64,000 bases of DNA from the NCBI GenBank assembly GCA_964562525.1, contig CAZLTL010000007.1:32026-96025 (forward strand), written 5' to 3'. The translations under genes and the position numbers were made by a program. The DNA comes from an uncultured bacterium (lineage in GTDB: Bacteria > Omnitrophota > Omnitrophia > Omnitrophales > Aquincolibacteriaceae). Below, in pieces: positions 9,724 through 19,813 of the stretch; positions within the stretch are counted from its first letter, which is position 1, and the number at the start of each line of letters is the position of its first letter. The notes below the pieces were generated by a model, which did not search any database, was not told where the DNA came from, and saw only the letters and a program-made list of their open reading frames with translations.

Positions 9724-10680
9724 TTACCTCACAATCATTTGAGCCCACTTTAAATAAAGCGGAAGGCCCACGGTTAAATTAAACGGAAAGGTAATTCCAA
9801 GCGCAGCGGTCAAATACAGACTGGGGTTGGCCTCCGGAATCGCGATGCGCACAGCCGCCGGTGCGGCAATATAGGACGCACTGGCCGCCAGCGTGGCTAA
9901 AATCGCGGTTCCCCCAACCGAAAGCCCCACTGCCCATCCGACCCAACATCCAATAAATCCCGAAAGAAGCGGCATCAAAACACCAAACAAAATGAGAAAG
10001 ACGCCCGTTTTTTTCAAATCTTTCAGACGAGAAGCCGTCACAAGCCCCATCTCCAATAAAAAGAAGGCCAGCAATCCCTTAAAAGGATCAAAAAAAACGT
10101 TTTTTACAGGCTGAATTCTTTCTTCTCCAACGAGCGCTCCAATCAAAAGTCCGCCCAATAAAAGTAAAATACTTTTTCCGGTGAGTATCTCGTGAAAAAA
10201 CTTTCCCCAAGGAACGCGCGGGCCTGCTCCTTTAAGACGAAACCGAGCAATCATAATCGCAATTAAAATGGCGGGGATTTCCATCGTCACAAGCAAAACA
10301 GCCGAAAAACCTTCATAGGCGATATTTTCCTTTTGTAAAAAGGACAAACAAACAGCGTAAGTGACAGCGCTAACCGATCCATAATGAGCCGCAATGGCCG
10401 CGGCATCCGCAGTTGCAAACCGACCAAACTTTTTCAAAATAAAATAAGCGATCCAGGGAATAATCACTCCAAGGAATATCGCTCCTGCCAAAGGCATTGC
10501 GACGTCACTAAGCGCAACCTTAGAAAGCTCCACGCCACCTTTCATACCGATCACAACCAGCAAATAGAGACTCAGACTTTCGTAAAGCGCCTGAGGCACT
10601 TTCAAATCCGATTTCACAACTCCGGCAAAAATTCCAAGAGCAAAAAACAAAACCGCCGGGTTGAGCAAATTATCAATCAT
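9724..10680 (-). CDS. sbtA: SbtA-family (DUF897) Na+-dependent bicarbonate transporter
   Basis: LLVVIGMKGGVEL matches the SbtA LLMKIGLNGGIAI motif; ~10 TM; adjacent sbtB. Confidence 0.75.
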   Translation of the reverse strand: MIDNLLNPAVLFFALGIFAGVVKSDLKVPQALYESLSLYLLVVIGMKGGVELSKVALSDVAMPLAGAIFLGVIIPWIAYFILKKFGRFATADAAAIAAHYGSVSAVTYAVCLSFLQKENIAYEGFSAVLLVTMEIPAILIAIMIARFRLKGAGPRVPWGKFFHEILTGKSILLLLGGLLIGALVGEERIQPVKNVFFDPFKGLLAFFLLEMGLVTASRLKDLKKTGVFLILFGVLMPLLSGFIGCWVGWAVGLSVGGTAILATLAASASYIAAPAAVRIAIPEANPSLYLTAALGITFPFNLTVGLPLYLKWAQMIVR

Positions 10681-10694
10681 AAACCGTTTCCTTT

Positions 10695-11582
10695 TTACAT
10701 GTAGCCTTCACGCCGCAAGCTTTCAAGTCCGCCATCTTCTTTATCTTGGGCGCGCCCCGAACGCTCAGCAATATTCGCAAAAGCACCGCTGCGAAGCTCC
10801 TTAATAATATCATCCACATTCTTCGCCTTCGAACAAATAGATGAAGTACACGGATGACAGCCGACCGAACGATAGCGTTCGCCTTTTCCTTGATCAAAAT
10901 AAAGCGGAATCATCGGAATGTTTTCGCGCTTTACATAATCCCAAATATCAAGCTCCGTCCAATCCAAGAGCGGATGAATACGAATATGCGTTCCGGGAGC
11001 AAAATCAGTTTTAAACTGATTCCACAATTCAGGAGGCTGATCAGCAACATTCCAATCATGATGTTTATCCCGCGGAGAAAAATACCGTTCTTTGGATCGA
11101 CTTCCCTCTTCATCAGCCCGCACGCCCAAAATAACACCCGTAAAAGGGCTCTTATCTTCGTACGGAACAAATTTTCCAGTTTCTAAATTTAAAACATAGC
11201 GTGGACCAGAGCCATCGAGCGTTTGCTTCAGACCAATCGACTTAAGCGCCTTACAGCAAGACAAACGATCAATTGCCCCATCAGGAAAAGTTTGTTTATT
11301 CATTAATGCTTCTTCATTCATTCCGATAACCAAATTTAACTTCCACTCCATCGCGAGCCGATCACGATATTCGATCATTTCCGGAAACTTAAACATGGTA
11401 TCCACATGAACCAAAGGATAAGGAACATGACCAAAAAAAGCTTTGCGCGAAAGCCACAGTAACACCGTGCTGTCCTTACCAATCGACCAAAGCAATGCTA
11501 GATTCTTAAAATTGGCATAAGCTTCTCTCAGAATATAAATCGACTGAGCTTCGAGCTTATCAAGATGATTCATTTCTTTCAT
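10695..11582 (-). CDS. cysD: Sulfate adenylyltransferase subunit 2 (CysD)
   Basis: PAPS-reductase-like SIGKDS P-loop; C-terminal [20 protein letters not shown]; no cysN adjacent. Confidence 0.8.
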   Translation of the reverse strand: MKEMNHLDKLEAQSIYILREAYANFKNLALLWSIGKDSTVLLWLSRKAFFGHVPYPLVHVDTMFKFPEMIEYRDRLAMEWKLNLVIGMNEEALMNKQTFPDGAIDRLSCCKALKSIGLKQTLDGSGPRYVLNLETGKFVPYEDKSPFTGVILGVRADEEGSRSKERYFSPRDKHHDWNVADQPPELWNQFKTDFAPGTHIRIHPLLDWTELDIWDYVKRENIPMIPLYFDQGKGERYRSVGCHPCTSSICSKAKNVDDIIKELRSGAFANIAERSGRAQDKEDGGLESLRREGYM

Positions 11583-12397
11583 TTTTTGGAAGCAATATCT
11601 GATCTTAGGTTTTCGTATTTCACTTTGATTTCATCAATTAGCGCCGAGAGTTCCTCCGCCCTGCCATCCATACCTCCCCAGCAAAGCTCTTTATTCTTAT
11701 TCAAATCTTGCTGGACCTGCTCCATGCTTCGCAAAACAACCCCGATCAGCAAATTTAATAAAATCATGGTTCCCATCAAAATAAATGAAACAAAATACAA
11801 AGCAGCCGGCCAGCCATGTATTTCAAGCTGCGGCCGAAAAATTTCAGCCCATCCTTCGAGGGTAATAATTTGAAACAAAGAAAGAAATGCAAGCCCAAGA
11901 TGACCAAAGTGCTCGGGGTCAGTCGCCTTAAAAAGATGAGTTCCTAAAACCGCGTAAATATACACGATCAAAAAAAGAAGCAGTCCCACATACCCCATGG
12001 AAGGCAAGCTCTTCAGCAAAGCCCCCACAAGAATCTGAAGATCGGGAATATTCGAAATAAGCCTCAAAACACGCAGAACACGCAGAAGACGAAATGCGGC
12101 GAATGCGGGAGAAGCCGCCGGACAAACCGAAACCGCGACAATCAGGAAATCAAAAACATTCCATCCGTTCAAAAAAAACTGATGCGGCTTTTTTCCATAC
12201 GAAAGCATTCTCAGAAGAATCTCCAACACAAACCATCCGAGAATAACTTTATCGGCAATCGAAAAATAGCTTTTAACCCGGTCAGAAAAACCATCAAACG
12301 TCTCAAGCCCGATCAACGCGGAAGCCGCGACAATCATAATCAAGCTTAGCCGGCTAAAAAGGCGCGCTTCCGTTATGCTCTTTATTTTCTTAAACAT
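11579..12397 (-). CDS. NaChBac-like voltage-gated cation channel (Ion_trans, 6TM)
   Basis: S4 [14 protein letters not shown] and pore [11 protein letters not shown], compared with NaChBac TLESWAS. Confidence 0.7.
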   Translation of the reverse strand: MFKKIKSITEARLFSRLSLIMIVAASALIGLETFDGFSDRVKSYFSIADKVILGWFVLEILLRMLSYGKKPHQFFLNGWNVFDFLIVAVSVCPAASPAFAAFRLLRVLRVLRLISNIPDLQILVGALLKSLPSMGYVGLLLFLIVYIYAVLGTHLFKATDPEHFGHLGLAFLSLFQIITLEGWAEIFRPQLEIHGWPAALYFVSFILMGTMILLNLLIGVVLRSMEQVQQDLNKNKELCWGGMDGRAEELSALIDEIKVKYENLRSDIASKK

Positions 12398-12445
12398 AGT
12401 TTTTATTTTTTATTTTGAAAACTATTCCGTCTTTATCATTTATTT

Positions 12446-13537
12446 TTAAGCTGCCGCCTCAGCGCGAGCCTTGGGCTTGCGGCAAACCGTCACCAAAAGA
12501 GTCAAGACCGTGATCGGAATCACAAACCCAAGCATCACTGAACTGATTTGCGGTAACTGATCATGTTGAACGGATTGCAAAACCAAATAAAGCGTATAAG
12601 CAACGTAATAGAAAAAGAAAAGGGCGCCCTCCCATCGAGAAATTCGCGAGGAGGTAAAGAAAATAGGCAAACAAGCAAAAGCAACGGCAACCATGATCGG
12701 AATATCAAACCGTAAAATTCCATCTGAAACAGGCACAGCAGATCCGGAAGCAATAGCGCAGAAACCCAAGATGCCTAAAATATTAAAAACATTACTCCCA
12801 ACCACATTGCCGACGGCAATATCACGCTCACCTTTGATCGCCGCCACAATGGATGTCGCGACTTCAGGAAGCGAAGTTCCTGCAGCAACAATCGTTAAAC
12901 CAATAATCGCTTCGCTCACACCCCATCCCCGCGCAATTTGAACTGCAGCGTCAACCATCCAGCGCGCTCCAAAAACAAGCAGACCCAGACCTGACAGAAT
13001 CATCAAAGGTGACAAAATCCATATTTTTATTGTGGACTGTTTGTCCACTTTGCCAAATTCTTGGTCAAATTCTTTAGTGTCTTGTTTTTTTTCTTTTTGG
13101 CTTAGCCAAATTAAATAAAAGGTATACCCCACCAAAGAACCAACCATAACCATACCTTCATAAAAAGAAATACGCCCATCAAATGCAAAGAGCCACATCA
13201 AAGCGGAAGCTGCTATCATCACAGGAATATCCAGACGTAAAATCTGAAGATGAACCGTAAGAGGAATAATCAGGGCAGAAACCCCCAAAATAAAGAGCAC
13301 ATTAAAAATATTGCTCCCCACCACATTTCCCACGGCGATGTCAGGAACTCCGGTGTAAACCCCTTTCAAACTAACTGCCATTTCAGGCGCGCTGGTCCCC
13401 ATCGCAACCAAAGTTAACCCAATCACGAGCGGTGAGATCCCCAATCTTAAAGCCAAAGCCGAGCTGTTGCGTACGAAAAGCTCAGCCCCTAACGTTAAAA
13501 TAGCCAATCCTGCGATAAACATCAAAAAAGTCGTCAT
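12446..13537 (-). CDS. Ca2+/Na+ antiporter (CaCA, YrbG-like)
   Basis: Duplicated alpha-repeats GNVVGSNIFNVL / GNVVGSNVFNIL. Confidence 0.8.
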   Translation of the reverse strand: MTTFLMFIAGLAILTLGAELFVRNSSALALRLGISPLVIGLTLVAMGTSAPEMAVSLKGVYTGVPDIAVGNVVGSNIFNVLFILGVSALIIPLTVHLQILRLDIPVMIAASALMWLFAFDGRISFYEGMVMVGSLVGYTFYLIWLSQKEKKQDTKEFDQEFGKVDKQSTIKIWILSPLMILSGLGLLVFGARWMVDAAVQIARGWGVSEAIIGLTIVAAGTSLPEVATSIVAAIKGERDIAVGNVVGSNVFNILGILGFCAIASGSAVPVSDGILRFDIPIMVAVAFACLPIFFTSSRISRWEGALFFFYYVAYTLYLVLQSVQHDQLPQISSVMLGFVIPITVLTLLVTVCRKPKARAEAAA

Positions 13538-14451
13538 GCTTTGTCCTTGTTTTCCGAAAAAACAATTGACGCAATGATTGAAATTAAAAGAACCGTTCCA
13601 ATCACGCCCAACGATGTCAAAATTGGTACTTTATAAAAATCAGCGATAAGCATTTTGAAACCCACAAAACAAAGGACGACCGCCAAACCATAGTGTAAAA
13701 ACCGGAAATAATGCAAAATCCCAGCCAATGCAAAATAGAGTGAACGTAACCCCAAAATCGCAAAAATATTTGAGGTGTAAACAATAAACGGATCCTTGGT
13801 GATCGCTAAAATTGCAGGGATTGAATCAACCGCAAAAATCACATCGGTGAACTCAACCACCAACAGCGCCGCAAAAAGCGGCGTTGCTACACGCCTTCCA
13901 TTTTCCAAAGTAAAAAACTTTTGCCCATCCATAGCCGTTGTCATCGGAATAAACTTTCTAAGAAAACGCAGAGCCGGATTTTTTTCGAGATCTAATTCTT
14001 GACCATGACTCACCGCCATTTTAATCCCGGTGAGCACAAGAAAAGCGCCAAAAACGTAAATTAGCCAATGGAATTTCTCGAGGAGAGTAATTCCGGTGGC
14101 TATAAAAATTGCGCGCATAATCAGCGCTCCAATAATCCCCCAAAATAAAACGCGATGCTGATATTGCTGCGGAATCTTAAAATAGGTAAAGATAACTAAG
14201 AAAACGAAGATATTGTCCACCGAAAGTGACTTTTCAATCACATATCCCGTAAAAAACTCAAGCGCGGCTTGCTCACCACGCCAAAGGTGAACAAGTCCGT
14301 TAAAAAGCATGGCGAGCAGAATCCAAACTCCGCTCCAAGCGAGCGCTTCTTTAAAGTGGATGACATGGGCTTTGCGGTGAAAAACACCCAGATCGAGAGC
14401 AAGCATTCCGAACACAAACACATGAAACAAAACCCATGGCATCCAATCCAT
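13534..14451 (-). CDS. TerC family integral membrane protein
   Basis: EKSLSVDNIFVF motif; 305 aa. Confidence 0.75.
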   Translation of the reverse strand: MDWMPWVLFHVFVFGMLALDLGVFHRKAHVIHFKEALAWSGVWILLAMLFNGLVHLWRGEQAALEFFTGYVIEKSLSVDNIFVFLVIFTYFKIPQQYQHRVLFWGIIGALIMRAIFIATGITLLEKFHWLIYVFGAFLVLTGIKMAVSHGQELDLEKNPALRFLRKFIPMTTAMDGQKFFTLENGRRVATPLFAALLVVEFTDVIFAVDSIPAILAITKDPFIVYTSNIFAILGLRSLYFALAGILHYFRFLHYGLAVVLCFVGFKMLIADFYKVPILTSLGVIGTVLLISIIASIVFSENKDKA

Positions 14452-14460
14452 TTTTATCTC

Positions 14461-14976
14461 CTAGGCTGAAAAAGCCGATGCAAATAAAGTGCTTTCTTTA
14501 TTATTTTGAATTTCTTGAAACATATCGTCGATTTTCTTGGCCTCATCCGGAATCACTAATTTTGCAGCGGCTTTCATATTTACAACCTCAGACAAAAAGC
14601 GATTGTCTTTAGGCGTCAGCTTCAATCCGGCCTTCTGCACTGCTTTCAGAACAAACTCATACACGAGCGCTGCAAAGTAAGCATCATCCAAATAGCCAAA
14701 CAAGCCATGCTTCCCCTCATCTAGAAAGTCTTTCGGGTGATACAGATAGCTTAACAAATACCCGCCGACTTTTTTTGCGGGTGCATCCTTTGGAAATTGA
14801 CGCCACAGCAAATGAACGCGATCGACAACATCTGGTGTGATCACAATCAGTTGCCGCAAACGCTTTTCAAGTAACTTTGTGGCTCGCTTTCCAACCCGAG
14901 CGCGAATTTTAGCATGAAATGGATCTTGATCATCATTGGCTAATTGCTTTAAATGCTCTCGAAAGGCAAACAACAT
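14461..14976 (-). CDS. Hypothetical protein
   Basis: 171 aa ORF with no recognised motif. Confidence 0.4.
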   Translation of the reverse strand: MLFAFREHLKQLANDDQDPFHAKIRARVGKRATKLLEKRLRQLIVITPDVVDRVHLLWRQFPKDAPAKKVGGYLLSYLYHPKDFLDEGKHGLFGYLDDAYFAALVYEFVLKAVQKAGLKLTPKDNRFLSEVVNMKAAAKLVIPDEAKKIDDMFQEIQNNKESTLFASAFSA

Positions 14977-15024
14977 AACAACCTCCTTGATTATTAAATA
15001 AATCTATTCCATCGCAACTTGAGA

Positions 15025-15873
15025 TTATTGGTCCCGCAAAGCCAGTAACTTTTTTACACGCTCTCCTACAGGCGGATGGGTTGAAAAAAGCGACATCAGC
15101 CCGCCGCCCCCCATCATCGGACTCATAATGTAAAGGTGTGCCATCCCTGGCTGCGGCTCAATTTCACCATGTTCGGTTTCACGCTGAATCTCCCCTGAAA
15201 TTTTTTGAAGCGCGGATGCCAAAGCTTCCGGATCACCCGTAAGCCGTGCGGCTGTTTCATCCGCCAAGTATTCGCGGCTTCGGGAAATACCGAGCTGAAT
15301 CAACGTTGCAGCCAGCGGCGCCAATATAACCGTGGCAAGCATCAAAATCGGATGCCCTCCACGACCCTCGCGATTCCCACCCCCAAAAAAAGCAAAGAAG
15401 TGCACAAAATGCATCAGCGCAGAAGCCATCACCGCCACGACCGCGGAAATCAAAGTGTCACGGTTAAGGATATGCCCCAGCTCATGCGCCAAGACGCCTT
15501 TCACTTCCTGGGGATTAAGCCGGTCCAGCAACCCTTGCGTTACCGCGACGACTCCATGTTTGGGATCGCGGCCGGTTGCAAAAGCATTCGGCGAAGGGTC
15601 CGGCATCCAATAAAGCTGAGGAACGGGAACACCTGCTTTGTGACTCAAATCAGCTAGGTCCGATTTTAAGTAGCTATACTCTTCCGGAACCGGCTTTGCG
15701 CCATGCATCGCCAAAACAATTTTATCGGAAAACCAATAGGCCCCGACATTCATCACAATCGACAGAATGAGCGCAATCCCAATGCCTCCTCGACCGCCTA
15801 AAGCACTCCCCACAACCAAAAAAAGCCCGCTCAATAGAACGAGCAAAGCCAATGTTTTAAGTTTGTATTTCAT
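15025..15873 (-). CDS. htpX: Zn-dependent protease HtpX (M48)
   Basis: HELGHI motif; start at MKYKLK with RBS AGGAGGATTT-ATG (ORF-track start 15966 trimmed). Confidence 0.85.
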   Translation of the reverse strand: MKYKLKTLALLVLLSGLFLVVGSALGGRGGIGIALILSIVMNVGAYWFSDKIVLAMHGAKPVPEEYSYLKSDLADLSHKAGVPVPQLYWMPDPSPNAFATGRDPKHGVVAVTQGLLDRLNPQEVKGVLAHELGHILNRDTLISAVVAVMASALMHFVHFFAFFGGGNREGRGGHPILMLATVILAPLAATLIQLGISRSREYLADETAARLTGDPEALASALQKISGEIQRETEHGEIEPQPGMAHLYIMSPMMGGGGLMSLFSTHPPVGERVKKLLALRDQ

Positions 15874-15979
15874 AAATCCTCCTTTCGCCCACGAACAGGA
15901 TGCCAACACTGGGAATATCGCATCCTTTAATTTAAAATTAAAATAGATAATTTTCATGTTATGCATAGAATATATCTAT

Positions 15980-16888
15980 ATGATTCCTTTTAACTATCAT
16001 CACCTTTATTACTTCTATGTTATTGCCAAGGAAGGCAGTGTTTCCAAAGCGGCTAAAGCGCTTCGGCTTGCCCAACCGACACTCTCCGCTCAACTCAAGC
16101 AGTTCGAGTCTTTCTTGGATAAAAAACTCTTTGAGCGGGAAAACCGCGAATTACAACTCACCGAGGACGGTCACCGGATTTTAGGCTATGCCAAATCTAT
16201 TTTTGATCTGGGCCAGGAACTCATGGATCAAATGGGCGACCTCGCACAAAAGGGTCGCATTCGCATTCAAATCGGACTTTCAAATTTCATTCCAAAATCA
16301 TTTGCGGATATTTTGCTTCAATTTATTTTGCAAATTGAACCAACAGCTCAAATTACATTAATCGAAGACCGCATTGAAGTTTTACTCTCTCAATTAGAAG
16401 ATCATTTGCTGGATATTGTTTTTCATGATTCAACGGTTTTGCCCGTAACGGCCAAATCAGCCGAGCACCGGCTAATCGCGGATTTGCCGGTTGTATTTTG
16501 CGCCAGCAAGAAACTGGCTCATGCCATCGGAAAATTTCCAAATTGCCTAAGCAAGGCACCGCTTATTTTACCCACAGCTCCCAGCCAAGTTGCCTTCGCG
16601 GTAAGAGAGTTTCTGCTGTCTAAAAAATTAGAGCCGAGGATTCTGGGTGAAATTCAAGATATTGAAATCGTACGCCGTCTCGCCTTACGCGGTCTTGGAA
16701 TTGCCCCTCTCAATTTACTTACAATTTCCCAAGCTCCGGCAAAAGAGTCACTCAAAATACTGCATACCCCCGAGAGCAGTCCGATTTCGGAAAAGATTTA
16801 CGCCCTCTCTCGCCCGCGTAAAAATCCGCACCCATTGGTGCTGAGAATTTTAAGCGAATTTAAAGTGGAGTCTTGGCTTAAAAAATGA
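15980..16888 (+). CDS. LysR-family transcriptional regulator
   Basis: N-terminal HTH YHHLYYFYVIAKEGSVSKAAKALRLAQPTLSAQLKQFE; start chosen at the internal ATG. Confidence 0.8.
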   Translation: MIPFNYHHLYYFYVIAKEGSVSKAAKALRLAQPTLSAQLKQFESFLDKKLFERENRELQLTEDGHRILGYAKSIFDLGQELMDQMGDLAQKGRIRIQIGLSNFIPKSFADILLQFILQIEPTAQITLIEDRIEVLLSQLEDHLLDIVFHDSTVLPVTAKSAEHRLIADLPVVFCASKKLAHAIGKFPNCLSKAPLILPTAPSQVAFAVREFLLSKKLEPRILGEIQDIEIVRRLALRGLGIAPLNLLTISQAPAKESLKILHTPESSPISEKIYALSRPRKNPHPLVLRILSEFKVESWLKK

Positions 16889-18222
16889 ACGTGGTTACTT
16901 TTAAAGAAGCTTTTCGCGTTTGGCTTAAAATCGCCGCGCTCAGCTTTGGTGGTCCTGCGGGGCAAATCGCGGTCATGCACCGCATTCTCGTGGATGAAAA
17001 AAAATGGATCAGCGAAAATCGATTTCTGCACGCACTCAGTTATTGCACACTTTTGCCCGGCCCTGAAGCGATGCAGCTGATCACCTACTCGGGCTGGATG
17101 ATGTTCGGCATACGTGGCGGCCTCGCTGCCGGGCTTCTCTTCGTCTTACCCGGCTTCCTATCCATTCTTGTACTGAGTACCATTTATACGGCATTTCAAG
17201 GTACATCATGGCTAATCGGTCTTTTCCTCGGAATCAAAGCGGCAATTATCGCCGTGGTCATAGAAGCTTTGCTGCGCATCAGTAAGCGGGTATTGAAAAA
17301 CAAAACCATGCTCACGATCGCGGGAGTTTCTTTTGCCGCGCTTTTCTTTTTTAAAATTTCTTTTCCACTCATCATCGCCTGCGCCGGACTAATCGGCTTT
17401 ATCGGTTCCCGAATTTGGCCAAATATTTTTCTGGTCATCCGCCAGCAAAAAGATGCCGAAAAAGAAACTCCGGCTGTTTTCAACGAAGAACCTTCACATC
17501 CCAAAAACGCCTGGGCACATGTCTTCAAAACAACAGGGCTTTGGTGTTTTATTTGGTTTTCACCTGTCGTGTTATTTTTATTATGGCTTGGGAAAGATCA
17601 CATCCTGATTCAACAGGGCTTGTTTTTCAGCAAAGCCGCCATGGTCACTTTCGGCGGCGCTTACTCCGTTCTAAGCTATATCGCTCAAGAAGCCGTGCAA
17701 AACTTTGGCTGGCTTTCATTGAGCGAAATGATGGATGGGCTGGGCCTTGCAGAAACCACACCGGGACCGCTCATTCAAGTCGTGCAGTTTGTCGGTTTTC
17801 TCGGCGCCTTTCATAATCCGGCACCCTTTTCACCCTGGTTCGCGGGACTTTTAGCATCAATCATCGTCACTTGGGTAACGTACGCACCTTGCTTTTTATG
17901 GATTTTTTTAGGCGCGCCCTACATTGAAAAACTGCGCGGCATCCAAGCCTTAACCGGCGCGCTTTCTTCAATCACCGCCGCTGTCGTGGGCGTGATCTTA
18001 AATTTAACCGTGTGGTTTGCTTTGCATACGCTGTTCGGCAAAATTGATAATACAACTTGGTCTGGAATCAATCTCTGGATTCCAGACCGAAATACTTTTC
18101 AGTTATTTCCGGCTCTGCTAGCCTGTGTGGCAGGAATTGCGATCCTCAGACTCAAAATTAATTTATTGTGGGTCTTAGCGGCTTGCGGCGCGGCAGGTGT
18201 TCTCTTTAAGCTTTTCGCTTAG
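16885..18222 (+). CDS. chrA: Chromate transporter ChrA (CHR family, two-domain)
   Basis: FGGPAGQIAVMH motif repeated as TFGGAYSVLSY; overlaps the LysR stop (ATGA). Confidence 0.8.
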   Translation: MNVVTFKEAFRVWLKIAALSFGGPAGQIAVMHRILVDEKKWISENRFLHALSYCTLLPGPEAMQLITYSGWMMFGIRGGLAAGLLFVLPGFLSILVLSTIYTAFQGTSWLIGLFLGIKAAIIAVVIEALLRISKRVLKNKTMLTIAGVSFAALFFFKISFPLIIACAGLIGFIGSRIWPNIFLVIRQQKDAEKETPAVFNEEPSHPKNAWAHVFKTTGLWCFIWFSPVVLFLLWLGKDHILIQQGLFFSKAAMVTFGGAYSVLSYIAQEAVQNFGWLSLSEMMDGLGLAETTPGPLIQVVQFVGFLGAFHNPAPFSPWFAGLLASIIVTWVTYAPCFLWIFLGAPYIEKLRGIQALTGALSSITAAVVGVILNLTVWFALHTLFGKIDNTTWSGINLWIPDRNTFQLFPALLACVAGIAILRLKINLLWVLAACGAAGVLFKLFA

Positions 18223-19313
18223 AAAAGCGAGTCAATCACAGAATAGATCGCGGCATCTTCCGCTCCGGTCACAATGCTGACACGACCGATCTCTTCCGGA
18301 AGAATGAACCGCAATTTGCCGGACTTTTTCTTTTTATCATGCGCCATCACACGGAAGATTTCTTGAGTTTTAATCTCCAGGCGGTCCAAGCAAACAGGCA
18401 AGTCAAAAGACCGAATCAATTGCAGTTGGCGGCGCTGAAAATCAGGTGCACACAATCCTAAACGCACGCTCATTTCGGCGGCCATCAACATTCCGAGCGC
18501 AACGGCCTCGCCATGCACAAGTTTTTGATATTGAAGCGCGCCTTCCACGCCATGTCCGAAAGTATGCCCATAATTCAGGCTCATGCGCTCACCTTTGGTT
18601 TCAAACTCATCGCGGCTGACCACACCGGCTTTAATCCGCGCCGAATCATAAACAATACGTGTTAAAGCCGCTGGTTTTTTAGCAAGAATCTGAGCTGTGT
18701 TTTTTTCAAGAAAACTAAAAAGCTTTGGATCCGCGATCACGCCGTATTTAATCACTTCGGCCATGGCCGCGCGCAATTCACGGGACGGCAAGGTTTTTAA
18801 AGTATCGACATCGGAAATCACCACGACAGGCGGATTAAACGCGCCAACCAGATTTTTGCCTTCAGGGGTATTCACCGCGGTTTTACCGCCGATAGAACTG
18901 TCGACTTGCGCCAACAAAGTCGTGGGAATTTGCGCGTAACGAATCCCACGCAAATAAACTGCTGCGGCAAACCCGCTTACATCACCCGTCACGCCGCCCC
19001 CCAAAGCCGTGATCGCGTCGCCACGCTCAAAACCATTCTTCAAAAGCGCCGCAACTAAACGAAAAAGTTCATTTGCGGACTTCGCTTTTTCACCCTGCGG
19101 CAGATAATAAAAAAAGACCTGAAAGCCCGCTTTGCGCAGAGAAACTTCTGTCTTCTTGCGGTGTCCGGCAGGAACGGTTTCCTGCGTCACAAGCATGACT
19201 CGACAGCCCGGATTAAAAACCTTTTTCAACAACACGCCTGTTTTTGAAAGCAATCCGCTTCCGACCAAAATCGAGTAGTTCTGTTTAAGACTTTTAACTA
19301 GGATGGTTTTCAT
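18219..19313 (-). CDS. aroB: 3-dehydroquinate synthase
   Basis: LGGGVTGDVSGFAAA...DSSIGGKTAVN. Confidence 0.85.
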   Translation of the reverse strand: MKTILVKSLKQNYSILVGSGLLSKTGVLLKKVFNPGCRVMLVTQETVPAGHRKKTEVSLRKAGFQVFFYYLPQGEKAKSANELFRLVAALLKNGFERGDAITALGGGVTGDVSGFAAAVYLRGIRYAQIPTTLLAQVDSSIGGKTAVNTPEGKNLVGAFNPPVVVISDVDTLKTLPSRELRAAMAEVIKYGVIADPKLFSFLEKNTAQILAKKPAALTRIVYDSARIKAGVVSRDEFETKGERMSLNYGHTFGHGVEGALQYQKLVHGEAVALGMLMAAEMSVRLGLCAPDFQRRQLQLIRSFDLPVCLDRLEIKTQEIFRVMAHDKKKKSGKLRFILPEEIGRVSIVTGAEDAAIYSVIDSLF

Positions 19314-19813
19314 TTCAGATTCTTTTCGATTTCAACCGCGACTTCCCGCGGTGTTTTTCCATTCGTAACAACCCGGATATGCGCACACCCCTCATAAAGA
19401 GGACGGCGAGTATTTAAAATCGACATCAATTTTTGTTTGGGATCAAAATCTTCCAAAAGCGGGCGACCGGTTTCTTTTGAAACGCGCTTCCATAAATCCT
19501 CAAGATCCGTTTCCAAATAAACAACCGTTCCGCAGGCACGCATCCATTCCCGGTTTTCATTGCGGATAATCACGCCGCCGCCCGTCGCAAATACCGCGCT
19601 TGTATCCGCTGGATACTGCGTCAAAATGGTTGTCTCGGTATCACGAAACCAGTCTTCCCCTTTTTCACGGAAAATTTCGGCGATTTTCTTGCCGTTTTTC
19701 TTTTCAAGCTCAGCGTCTAAATCAATCAGCGGCATTTTCAGAAGAGCGGATAACTCTCGAGCCGTTGAAGTTTTCCCCGATCCCATCATGCCGATCAGAT
19801 AGATGTTCTTCAT
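19310..19813 (-). CDS. aroK: Shikimate kinase
   Basis: IYLIGMMGSGKTS P-loop; 167 aa. Confidence 0.85.
   Translation of the reverse strand: MKNIYLIGMMGSGKTSTARELSALLKMPLIDLDAELEKKNGKKIAEIFREKGEDWFRDTETTILTQYPADTSAVFATGGGVIIRNENREWMRACGTVVYLETDLEDLWKRVSKETGRPLLEDFDPKQKLMSILNTRRPLYEGCAHIRVVTNGKTPREVAVEIEKNLK

Noticed and set aside
10695-11582. Generic PAPS reductase instead of CysD
   Set aside because: Length and the C-terminal GRAQD...REGYM tail match CysD rather than CysH, though the absence of cysN nearby is noted.
17196-17528. 110 aa minus-strand ORF
   Set aside because: It is antisense within chrA and is a shadow ORF.
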